This document shows, piece after piece, positions 37,640-46,412 of a stretch of 64,000 nt of DNA; positions within the stretch are counted from its first letter, which is position 1, and the number at the start of each line of letters is the position of its first letter. The translations under genes were made by a program, and so were the position numbers. Source of the DNA: an uncultured Bacteroidota bacterium. GTDB taxonomy: Bacteria > Bacteroidota > Bacteroidia > Bacteroidales > SZUA-534. Location: the NCBI GenBank assembly GCA_946186925.1, contig CAMHPA010000008.1:6028-70027 (forward strand), given 5' to 3'. The notes below the pieces were generated by a model that made no database searches, had not been told where the DNA came from, and saw nothing but the letters and a program-made list of their open reading frames with translations.

Positions 37640-39661
37640 ATGAAAAGGATAAATAAATCAATCGTTTATATAGGTCTGTTTGGAATGCTCTCGTTTGCGT
37701 TTTCCTCTTGCGAAGACTATCTCGACAGAGAGCCGAACACAATGGTGTCGAGCAAGGACGCTTTCGAGAATTTCGATAACTTTCAAGGATTTATCGAGGA
37801 GGTTATCAATGCTATTCCTGATAAGGAGAAATGTAGTTGGTGTCCGTCGTGGAACTGGGGCGATGATGAGATATTCAATCCTCAGGGCGACGACCGTCTG
37901 ACCCACCAGATCGACCTCGGAAACTACCGTAAATGGTACCAGCCTACAGCCGACCTCGGAAACTGGCTTAAGGTATCGAACAGTTCGCCCAACGCCAACG
38001 ATCCTAAAAACTTGTCGTTGTGGGGCAATGCGTGGTATTGCATCCGCAAAGTGAATATGGGCATTGCGCATATTGATGACATGACCATTGGCACGAAGGC
38101 TGAAAAAGAGCGAATTCTCGGTCAGTGCTATTTCTATCGTGCTTGGTGGCATTTCGAGATGATGGAGTGGTTCGGCGGTCTGCCGTATGTCGACACTTTG
38201 CTCGATCCAAACAACATTCCTCAGTTGCCGCGTCTTAGTTTCCAAGAGTGTGCCGCAAGATGTGCTGACGACTTCCGTCGCGCTGCCGAATTGCTGCCTG
38301 TATGCTGGGACAGCACAGAGGTGAAAGGCCAGGACGAAAAGAACCAGATTCGTGCCAACAAGATTGTCGCCCTGTGCTACAAAGGCAAATGCGAACTTTG
38401 GGCGGCAAGCCCGCTTATGGAGCATGGCGCCCAACTTGGTGCCTTGGCTAGCGGAGTTACTTATGAGTACAACAAGGCGCTTTGCGATTCAGCCGCAGAG
38501 TCTTTGGGTAAGGCTCTTCATATTGTTGAGACAGAAGCCAACCAACAATACCAATTGGCCAATTTCGACTACAAGGATATTTACAACCATCAAAAGGATC
38601 CATCAAACGTAACCCCGGGTTACGATCCGGTATGGTGCTACTCTGATTTGTTCTACACATACAATCAGAAACTCAAAAACCCTGGAGGAAACGAGGCTAT
38701 CATGCGTACTCCTTCAAATAATAACGGAAACTGCTCGAACTGGGCTACAGCAAAAGTGTTCGGTCCCAAAATGGCGAACATTGTCGCTCACGACAAGATT
38801 ATTCACCAGCCTACAGCCAACTTGGTTGAAATGTACGGTATGGCCAATGGTCTTCCTATTAGAGATGAGAACGGCAACTTCGCCAATGGTTTCGATCCCA
38901 CACACCCGTGGAAAGACCGTGACCCGCGATTCTATCACGACATTGTTTTCGATGGTTTCCAATATCTGAATGGCGCCACAAGCGACAAGGAGGATTATCG
39001 CTACTGTGAGTTGTTCACAGGCGGCAATATGCGTCCGGTGGCCGATGGCAGCCGTACAGGCTATTTCATCCAAAAACTTGTTCCTCACCAATGCAATGAG
39101 GTTGACAAATGGTATCAGGATGGCTGGGGCGACGGATTCCACGCTGTTTTGAACTATATGCGTCTGGCCGATGTTTATCTGATGTATGCAGAGGCTTGTG
39201 CGGCAATCGGCGGAGCCAAACAGAAATCAAAAGCGTTTGATAAGACTGCCGAAGATGCAATCAATGTTGTGCGTGCGCGCTGCCATGCCGGACCGGTTGG
39301 CGGTAGCGGTGAGAACATGAATTCGAAGTATGTTACCGATTCAAAACTGTTTATGGATGAGGTTCGCCGCGAACGCGCTGTAGAGCTGTCATTCGAAGGA
39401 TTCCGCTTCAATGACCTGCAGCGTTGGCTGTTGCTCACTGAATATCCTTACAACACGAAGTTCTCTTGCGAGTTTACCCGTGGTGAGGCAGATGAGTTCT
39501 ATCAGTTCAAGAATGACGAGGATCCGAAAGATGCGAAAGTCAACGGATATCACTTGGAGCCGATAATAACTCGTAGCTTTGGTACGAAGCATTATTGGTT
39601 CCCATTCCCCGATCAGGATGTGTACTTGTATGAAGGATTTGCACAGAATCCTGGTTGGTAA
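37640..39661 (+). CDS. susD: SusD-like lipoprotein (XusB-like, cassette 1)
   Basis: Lipobox FSSC; RDPRFY, MRLADVYLMYAEA, RRERAVELSFEGFRFNDLQRW, FAQNPGW. Confidence 0.93.
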   Translation: MKRINKSIVYIGLFGMLSFAFSSCEDYLDREPNTMVSSKDAFENFDNFQGFIEEVINAIPDKEKCSWCPSWNWGDDEIFNPQGDDRLTHQIDLGNYRKWYQPTADLGNWLKVSNSSPNANDPKNLSLWGNAWYCIRKVNMGIAHIDDMTIGTKAEKERILGQCYFYRAWWHFEMMEWFGGLPYVDTLLDPNNIPQLPRLSFQECAARCADDFRRAAELLPVCWDSTEVKGQDEKNQIRANKIVALCYKGKCELWAASPLMEHGAQLGALASGVTYEYNKALCDSAAESLGKALHIVETEANQQYQLANFDYKDIYNHQKDPSNVTPGYDPVWCYSDLFYTYNQKLKNPGGNEAIMRTPSNNNGNCSNWATAKVFGPKMANIVAHDKIIHQPTANLVEMYGMANGLPIRDENGNFANGFDPTHPWKDRDPRFYHDIVFDGFQYLNGATSDKEDYRYCELFTGGNMRPVADGSRTGYFIQKLVPHQCNEVDKWYQDGWGDGFHAVLNYMRLADVYLMYAEACAAIGGAKQKSKAFDKTAEDAINVVRARCHAGPVGGSGENMNSKYVTDSKLFMDEVRRERAVELSFEGFRFNDLQRWLLLTEYPYNTKFSCEFTRGEADEFYQFKNDEDPKDAKVNGYHLEPIITRSFGTKHYWFPFPDQDVYLYEGFAQNPGW

Positions 39662-39692
39662 CATTAATGAGTAAAATGTTAATTGTAATAAA

Positions 39693-42596
39693 ATGAAATA
39701 TATACATAATAAAATCGCAATATGTGCTGCGTTGGCATCCATGCCGTTCATGTTGAACGCACAAACGGATGATCAATTTGCACCCGAAGCAGTCGATTCT
39801 GTTTACATGGTGCACACAGCATTTGGAAGCATTGGCCAAAACGATTTGTTGGGAGGTGTTTCTGTCGTTAATGTTGAGGAGTTGCTCAACAAGAATTACA
39901 CCACTGGTGCTCTCGATGACATGGAAAGCCTCATTGGTGGTTGGAATGGAAAATCAATCTGGGGAATGGATGAAGATAACTTCCAGGGATATCTGGTGTT
40001 TATTGATGGTATTCCTCGTGACAAAGATAATGTCAAACCTAGCGAGATTGCCCAAATAACATTTCTGAAAGGTGCGAATGCTGTTGTTCTTTATGGCAGC
40101 CGTGCGGCCAAAGGCGCTATCCTTATCACAACAAAGCGTGGACAGGCTAGAGAAAAACTGCAAATCGATTTCAGAGCCAATGCTGGTTTTGATGTGATCA
40201 AACGCCTGCCTAAGTTCTTGAACTCTGCTGAATACATGACATATTATAATATGGCATGCGACAACGATGGCAAGAAAAAACACACTTACAGCGACGAGGA
40301 TATTGAAAAGTATGCAAGCGGCATCAACCCTTATCATTACGTCGATATGGACTATTATTCGTCAGAATATATCAGCAAAGTGAGGGGCAAGGACGAGATG
40401 GTGCTTGAATTGTCGGGTGGTAACAACCGCGCCCGCTTATATGGTAACATCAACGCACAGACGGCCGGCGACTTTGTTAAGGTTGGCGATGCTAAAAAGA
40501 ACCGTACAAACCGTATCAGCTTCCGTGGCAATGTTGATATCGATTTCAACGATTACATCAGCGGACACGTTGATGCCAACGCATCTTTCCAGGACGAGAA
40601 GCATTGCCAATACAGCAATAAGCCGGAAGACAACATGACCTATTGGAAAGTAGCGGCCACGCAACGCCCTAACTTCCCGAAAAAAGGAGCACAGCTGCTG
40701 CCACTCAGCCTGATTTCACCTGACGCAGAGTATGCTTTGGAATTGGTGGGTAACACCGATAATATTTTCGACGGATATTTCCTGGGCGGCGCAAGTGATT
40801 ATTACAGCTGCGGCGACTCAAAAGAGGGCAGAACCCCGATGGGACAGATCTATGCCGGTGGCGAAATCACTACCACCAAACGTCAGTTCCAGTTCGATGG
40901 CGGCCTTAATTTCGACCTCAGAAAAGTGCTGGAAGGTCTGTCGTTGAAGACAAACTTCGGTATGGATTTCCGCGCATCGTACAATGTCCGTTTCAATCCT
41001 AAATATGCTGTATTCGAACCAAAATGGTCAGATGATGAGAAGATTATCGGTTTGAAACAAATCAGCGTTGATGAGGTGACTGGTAAGAAGGAATTATGGG
41101 GAACAAAGGAGTCACGCACAATGGCATTGTCGTTCCAGTTCGACTACGACAGGAGCTTCGGCTCGCATAATGTGTCGGCAAAGGTTATCGGAAACGGATT
41201 CCAACAGACTAAAGAGGGTACATATCACAAGACGAACAACGTCAATATGGGCTTCGATTTGAATTATAATTACGACCATAAATACTATGTTCATTTCTCA
41301 TCGGCATTGGTGCACTCTTCAAAATTGGCGCCGAACCATCGTAATGAGTTCGCCCCAACATTGACCATAGGCAGGAATTTCGCTAAAGGAACATTCTTAG
41401 ACGGTTCAATTTTCGACGACTTGTTGCTTTCGGCATCGGTGGCCCAACTGAGTGAGGATATCGATGTGGGTGTGTGGAATGGAAATAATTTTACTGAGTA
41501 TTATCTCTATTTGGGCACATGGGGCACAAGTGGCAGCTACAACTGGGGTGACACAAGATCGGCCAGCATGTCGCAGGCAACCGGCGGTGCGAACGAAAAC
41601 CTTGAAATGATTAAGCGCAAAGAGTTCACCGTAGCGTTGCATACATCGTTACTGGATCAATTTGTGACAGCTGATTTCACGTTCTTCAAAAACCGCATGG
41701 AAGGCTATCTGATCAGGGAAACCAAACAATGGCCAAGCCACTTGAACGGTTTGAACGCACCTATGAATAACGATATCAACGGACGTGTTGGTTTTGATTT
41801 CGCTGTGAACGTAAATAAAAATGTTGGTGAAGTTGCATTGTCACTCGGTTTAGCAGGAACCTACTATGACACTAAAGTCATAAAGAAAGAGCAGACCGAT
41901 TTATTGGATGATCAGCCGCAGCTTGATAAGGAGGGACACCCGATTGACGCCATCTTCGGCTATAAGAACGATGGGTACTTTATGACAGCTAACGAAGCAG
42001 CTGACGCAAATCAAAGCGTGGCTACTGGTACACTCAGAGCTGGCGACATTAAGTATAAGGATTTGAGCGAAGGCGGTGTCGGCGATGGCACAATTGACAA
42101 GAACGACCAAGTGTATTTGGGAAAAGAGGGAAAATTCGGCTCGCCATTTGTTATGGGTGTCAATCTGACCGCCAAGTACAAGAATTTCACATTCTTTGCC
42201 TTAGGAACAGCAAAGGCCGGATCTTATGCTAGAAAGAATAACGCCTACTACCAGCCGAAGGGCAATGACAAATATTCTGAAATAGTTAAGGACACCTGGA
42301 CAGCTGAAAATCCGTATGCCAAATATCCGGCACTTACAACAGCCAGTGGCGCTAACAACTATGTTGAATCAGACTTCTGGATGTACAAAAACAATAAATT
42401 TGTGATTAGCAAGATACAGTTGACTTATGACTTGCCGGCAGAGTTGCTGGGTGATTCGTTTGTTAAAGGTCTCTCCGCATTTGTGAGCGGAAAAGATTTG
42501 CTGACCATTTCGAAGGAAAGCAAAGCAATGGAGACAGTATTTGATGCGGAGCCTAAAACCCGATTCTTTAACATAGGTGTGAAAGCAACTTTTTAA
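39693..42596 (+). CDS. susC: Short SusC-like transporter lacking the N-terminal extension (XusC-like, cassette 1)
   Basis: ITFLKGANAVVLYGSRAAKGAILITTKRG, GDIKYKD, terminal GVKATF. Confidence 0.92.
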   Translation: MKYIHNKIAICAALASMPFMLNAQTDDQFAPEAVDSVYMVHTAFGSIGQNDLLGGVSVVNVEELLNKNYTTGALDDMESLIGGWNGKSIWGMDEDNFQGYLVFIDGIPRDKDNVKPSEIAQITFLKGANAVVLYGSRAAKGAILITTKRGQAREKLQIDFRANAGFDVIKRLPKFLNSAEYMTYYNMACDNDGKKKHTYSDEDIEKYASGINPYHYVDMDYYSSEYISKVRGKDEMVLELSGGNNRARLYGNINAQTAGDFVKVGDAKKNRTNRISFRGNVDIDFNDYISGHVDANASFQDEKHCQYSNKPEDNMTYWKVAATQRPNFPKKGAQLLPLSLISPDAEYALELVGNTDNIFDGYFLGGASDYYSCGDSKEGRTPMGQIYAGGEITTTKRQFQFDGGLNFDLRKVLEGLSLKTNFGMDFRASYNVRFNPKYAVFEPKWSDDEKIIGLKQISVDEVTGKKELWGTKESRTMALSFQFDYDRSFGSHNVSAKVIGNGFQQTKEGTYHKTNNVNMGFDLNYNYDHKYYVHFSSALVHSSKLAPNHRNEFAPTLTIGRNFAKGTFLDGSIFDDLLLSASVAQLSEDIDVGVWNGNNFTEYYLYLGTWGTSGSYNWGDTRSASMSQATGGANENLEMIKRKEFTVALHTSLLDQFVTADFTFFKNRMEGYLIRETKQWPSHLNGLNAPMNNDINGRVGFDFAVNVNKNVGEVALSLGLAGTYYDTKVIKKEQTDLLDDQPQLDKEGHPIDAIFGYKNDGYFMTANEAADANQSVATGTLRAGDIKYKDLSEGGVGDGTIDKNDQVYLGKEGKFGSPFVMGVNLTAKYKNFTFFALGTAKAGSYARKNNAYYQPKGNDKYSEIVKDTWTAENPYAKYPALTTASGANNYVESDFWMYKNNKFVISKIQLTYDLPAELLGDSFVKGLSAFVSGKDLLTISKESKAMETVFDAEPKTRFFNIGVKATF

Positions 42597-42621
42597 TGTT
42601 TGATTAAAAAAATATTTAGAT

Positions 42622-44469
42622 ATGAAAATTAAGAGCATAATAAGTTTGACGGTCCTTACATCGGCATTTGTCGCCTGCGAAGATGCTTTTGAGCCGATGC
42701 TCGAAAACAAAAAGGACTTTGACACCTTTATGATAAAGGGTGATGCTTCACAAGGCTTGATGTTGAATGGATATAACAACATGCCGTATGTTACAAGAGT
42801 GTATGCTTCAGATTACAATAATCCCAATAAGGATGAACTGCTTAGTTCAATGACCGATGTGGCTACAGACGATGCAGTGACTAATAAATTTGAGAATCGT
42901 TATTACATAATGGCCAATGGCGGTTGGACTGCAAAAGCGGGTGACAATCCGTTTGACAGGTGGACTGATACTCGCAAAAACTTGTATTACATTAACATGT
43001 ACCTTGATCAGGCAGGAAGTTTCTACTATACTGATAATAAGGTTACTAATGAAATGTTCAACGAAATGCTGACCGGTGAGGCATACGCTTTGCGTGGTTT
43101 CCAGATGTTTTATTTCCTGCGCACATACGCCGGAATGGCCAATGGAACACTGCTTGGCGTTCCCAACCTGACAAAACCGGAGCAGGCTACTGATAACTTC
43201 AATATCAGCCGAGCCACTTTCGAAGAATGTGTTAAACAGATATTCTCTGATTTCGAGGAGGCCAGCAAGCGTCTGCCATATGATTATGGTGATATCAAAC
43301 GGTCGGAACTGCCGCAGAAATATGTTGGTAAAATTGACAACGTCAGCTTGTACAACCTGGTTTTCGGCAACGAAAAGGTTGGCCGAATCTCAGGTCGCAT
43401 TGTCGATGCATTGGCTGCTCAGGTTGCATTGTTTGCCGCTAGTCCGGCCTATAGCGACCAGTCGGGTGTGGATTGGAAAGAGGCAGCTGAGCGTGCGGCA
43501 AAAGTTTTGGATCACAACAATGGTGTTGCGGGCTTGGCTAAAGATGGCAACACGTGGTATCGCAATACAATGGAGATAGAGTTGGCCAAGAGCAACGGCA
43601 ACCCGCCCGAGATTCTTTGGCGAGAGAACATCAACCATGGTGTTGCTTGGGAGCAGGAGTTGTATCCAGTATCTTTGGATGGCAAGCAGCGAGTTAACCC
43701 GACACAGAACCTTGTCGACGCCTTCCCCATGGCTAACGGTTATCCCATCAATGTGGCTGGCAGTGGTTACAATAGCCAGGATCCGTATGCCAACCGCGAT
43801 CCGCGCCTCGATTTGTACATCGTTCACGACGGCTCGGTATTCGGTCCGTATGACGATGTGATAAATACAACTATTGACAATTCGAGCAACAACGACGGCT
43901 TGGACATTTCAACCGAAACACCGAACAGAACAGGTTACCTTGTTCGCAAGTATATCAACGAGAAAGCCGAGGTTGTTCGCCGTGGTGATGCCAAGAAAGG
44001 TATGGCCGGCAAGGACAAGTACAACGCCAGAATCCGTTACACAGAGATTTATCTGGCATTTGCCGAGGCTGCCAATGAGGCTTATGGCCCAACAACAGCA
44101 TCGCCATCAGGGTATAGCGCATATGATGTTATCAAGGCAATCCGTCAGCGCGGCGGTATTGTCAACGACGAATACCTTGAATCTATCAAGTCAGACAAAG
44201 AGAAGATGCGCGAGCTCATTCGCAACGAGCGCCGTATTGAGCTTTGCTTCGAAGGCCACCGTTTCTGGGATCTCCGCCGCTGGAAGGCTAATTTGAATGA
44301 GCCGATCAAGGCAATGCAGATTAAAACAGAAAACGGCAAGAAGACATATACCGTTGTTGATGTAGCCAACGAGGTGAGAGCTTATCGGGATTATATGTAT
44401 TATGGCCCGCTGCCGGAGTCTGAAATTATCAAATGGTCAAATCTGTTGCAAAACGATGGATGGTATTAA
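42622..44469 (+). CDS. susD: SusD-like lipoprotein (XusD-like, cassette 1)
   Basis: Lipobox FVAC; GEAYALR, PTQNLVDAFPM, RDPRL, RNERRIELCFEGHRFWDLRRW, QNDGW. Confidence 0.93.
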   Translation: MKIKSIISLTVLTSAFVACEDAFEPMLENKKDFDTFMIKGDASQGLMLNGYNNMPYVTRVYASDYNNPNKDELLSSMTDVATDDAVTNKFENRYYIMANGGWTAKAGDNPFDRWTDTRKNLYYINMYLDQAGSFYYTDNKVTNEMFNEMLTGEAYALRGFQMFYFLRTYAGMANGTLLGVPNLTKPEQATDNFNISRATFEECVKQIFSDFEEASKRLPYDYGDIKRSELPQKYVGKIDNVSLYNLVFGNEKVGRISGRIVDALAAQVALFAASPAYSDQSGVDWKEAAERAAKVLDHNNGVAGLAKDGNTWYRNTMEIELAKSNGNPPEILWRENINHGVAWEQELYPVSLDGKQRVNPTQNLVDAFPMANGYPINVAGSGYNSQDPYANRDPRLDLYIVHDGSVFGPYDDVINTTIDNSSNNDGLDISTETPNRTGYLVRKYINEKAEVVRRGDAKKGMAGKDKYNARIRYTEIYLAFAEAANEAYGPTTASPSGYSAYDVIKAIRQRGGIVNDEYLESIKSDKEKMRELIRNERRIELCFEGHRFWDLRRWKANLNEPIKAMQIKTENGKKTYTVVDVANEVRAYRDYMYYGPLPESEIIKWSNLLQNDGWY

Positions 44470-44490
44470 TCTATTTAAAAGATAAAAACT

Positions 44491-46038
44491 ATGAGAATGA
44501 GTAATATTAAATTAATGCTGGGCGCCGGTGTTTTGGCAGCGGGTTTTGCGGCTTGCGAGAGCGCAGAACAGAAATTCCCTGACTTTGAAGGCGGAACGTC
44601 AGCATATTTCGCATACCAATATCCGATACGCACCTTGATATTGGGTAATGTTGAGACATACGACAACACAAGCGACAACGAAGGCCGTTTTACCATTTAC
44701 GGAACATGCGGTGGCTCTTATTCGGGCATTAACGCAAAGGTTAAAGTCAGCGTTGATGAGTCGCTGACCAAAAACTTGTATTTTGAAGACGGCACTGAGG
44801 TTAAACCAATGCCGAAAGATTATTACGAGTTGAGTGGTGAGGAGCTCGACTATGGTGGAGGTTTCAGAGGTGGTGTTGAGGTTAAATTGAACGAAAAGTT
44901 CTTCAACGACCCACTTTCGGTAAAGAATTCCTATGTGATTCCTGTGGTTATGGGCGACTTCTCGGGAGTGGACAAAATTAACCGCGGCACACCAGTTGTT
45001 GATGGCACATCACCGATGCGCACTGATCCCACAAAATGGGATCCACAGCCGAAGGACTACGTATTGTTCTGCGTGAACTTCCTTAATGAGCACACAGCGA
45101 CATACCTCCGCCGTGGTGTCGACAATTTCGACAAATTGAAGTTCGAAGACAAGGTTGTAGGCAACGAATCATGCATTGTAGTAAATGCCACAGCTAAGAA
45201 AGCGAACGCTTGGGACAACCAGTTCTGGATTAACGTTGACCATGTCTTTGCCGCAGATGAGGAGTATACTTTGACAATGAAGGTTAAAGCGACTGTAGAG
45301 GCAAAGTCATCAACTCAAATCCATAACGCTCCCAGTGAGTACAGAGCCAATTTGGGTGAAGTGAATTTCACTACTAACTGGACACCGGTTAAGGTGTCGG
45401 GTAAATTCGCTTCGAACCAGGCCGGAGGTCATTCAATCGCATTCAACTTGAATGAGATTGAGGGTGCCAATGATTATTATTTCGACGATGTCAGCTTTAT
45501 CATTAATGGTGTTGAGTATATCACAAATGTCAATTGCGACGACGTTGAAAACAATAACTTCTTTTCAAAGATTGATGATGGCGCAGTAGATAACAGTGCA
45601 TATGAAGTTACACCGATTATCGAACGAACCAGTCTTGGCTATAGCAAGATTGTCTCGGCCCGTCATGCGCAATTCGTTGAGAAGGATGAAGTTGTATACA
45701 CATCATCGTTGTCGAGAAACGAAGTTCTTCTGCCCATATCGAGCACTGAAGTGGCTAACGTGAACACTCCTTGCGAGCTGGTTCTTACATTCGACGGCGA
45801 CAATTGCACCGTTAAGTCGAACAACGAGGACTTGTGCACCGCATCGGGTACAGGCAAGTACGTTAAAAACGGAGCTCCTAAAGCTTGGGGCAACGTAGAT
45901 CGCGATGTGCTTTATCTTGACTACACTATCGATTTCAAACAAGATAACGTGCACTACGCAACCAAGGACACACTTGTATGGCGTGACCGCGGCAGTGCAC
46001 CGTCGATTCGCACATTTAAGCCAGTGTATAAGGAATAA
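44491..46038 (+). CDS. DUF1735/DUF5627-type PUL lipoprotein (XusE-like) with an inserted CBM4-like module
   Basis: Lipobox FAAC; YFAYQYPIRTL, YVIPV, YLRRGVD, RDVLYLDY, TKDTLVWRDRG; 156 aa longer than its paralog; insert contains NAWDNQFWI. Confidence 0.82.
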   Translation: MRMSNIKLMLGAGVLAAGFAACESAEQKFPDFEGGTSAYFAYQYPIRTLILGNVETYDNTSDNEGRFTIYGTCGGSYSGINAKVKVSVDESLTKNLYFEDGTEVKPMPKDYYELSGEELDYGGGFRGGVEVKLNEKFFNDPLSVKNSYVIPVVMGDFSGVDKINRGTPVVDGTSPMRTDPTKWDPQPKDYVLFCVNFLNEHTATYLRRGVDNFDKLKFEDKVVGNESCIVVNATAKKANAWDNQFWINVDHVFAADEEYTLTMKVKATVEAKSSTQIHNAPSEYRANLGEVNFTTNWTPVKVSGKFASNQAGGHSIAFNLNEIEGANDYYFDDVSFIINGVEYITNVNCDDVENNNFFSKIDDGAVDNSAYEVTPIIERTSLGYSKIVSARHAQFVEKDEVVYTSSLSRNEVLLPISSTEVANVNTPCELVLTFDGDNCTVKSNNEDLCTASGTGKYVKNGAPKAWGNVDRDVLYLDYTIDFKQDNVHYATKDTLVWRDRGSAPSIRTFKPVYKE

Positions 46039-46058
46039 TTGCTGGTAGACAATAATTT

Positions 46059-46092
46059 AAAAGGCCTTGGGCAATGCTCAAGGCCTTTTTTT
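46059..46092 (+). terminator. Intrinsic terminator ending cassette 1
   Basis: AAAAGGCCTTGGGC-aat-GCTCAAGGCCTTTTTTT. Confidence 0.88.
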
Positions 46093-46412
46093 GCATAGTT
46101 CCGACATATTTTTTAAGAAAAGTAAAAAATACTTTTATTTTTGTGTAGTTTTAAATGAGCAGATAATGGTTTAGGCGCTGTTGTAAATAATTGTTATATT
46201 GCGATTTGCGAAACGGATATGAAAAAGCAAACCAGTGTTTTGATTGATTGGAATAAAAAGTGTCAGTGTTTATTCGAATAGTGAATAATCTTTAACATAT
46301 TTGAAGCGAAAAAATTGGGAGTGGCCTCGGAAAAACCCGAGTCCAAAAATTGGGGTAACAGTAAAGAGAGAAAAAGCGACTATTACAATATTAATAATCA
46401 AACATTTAGGAA

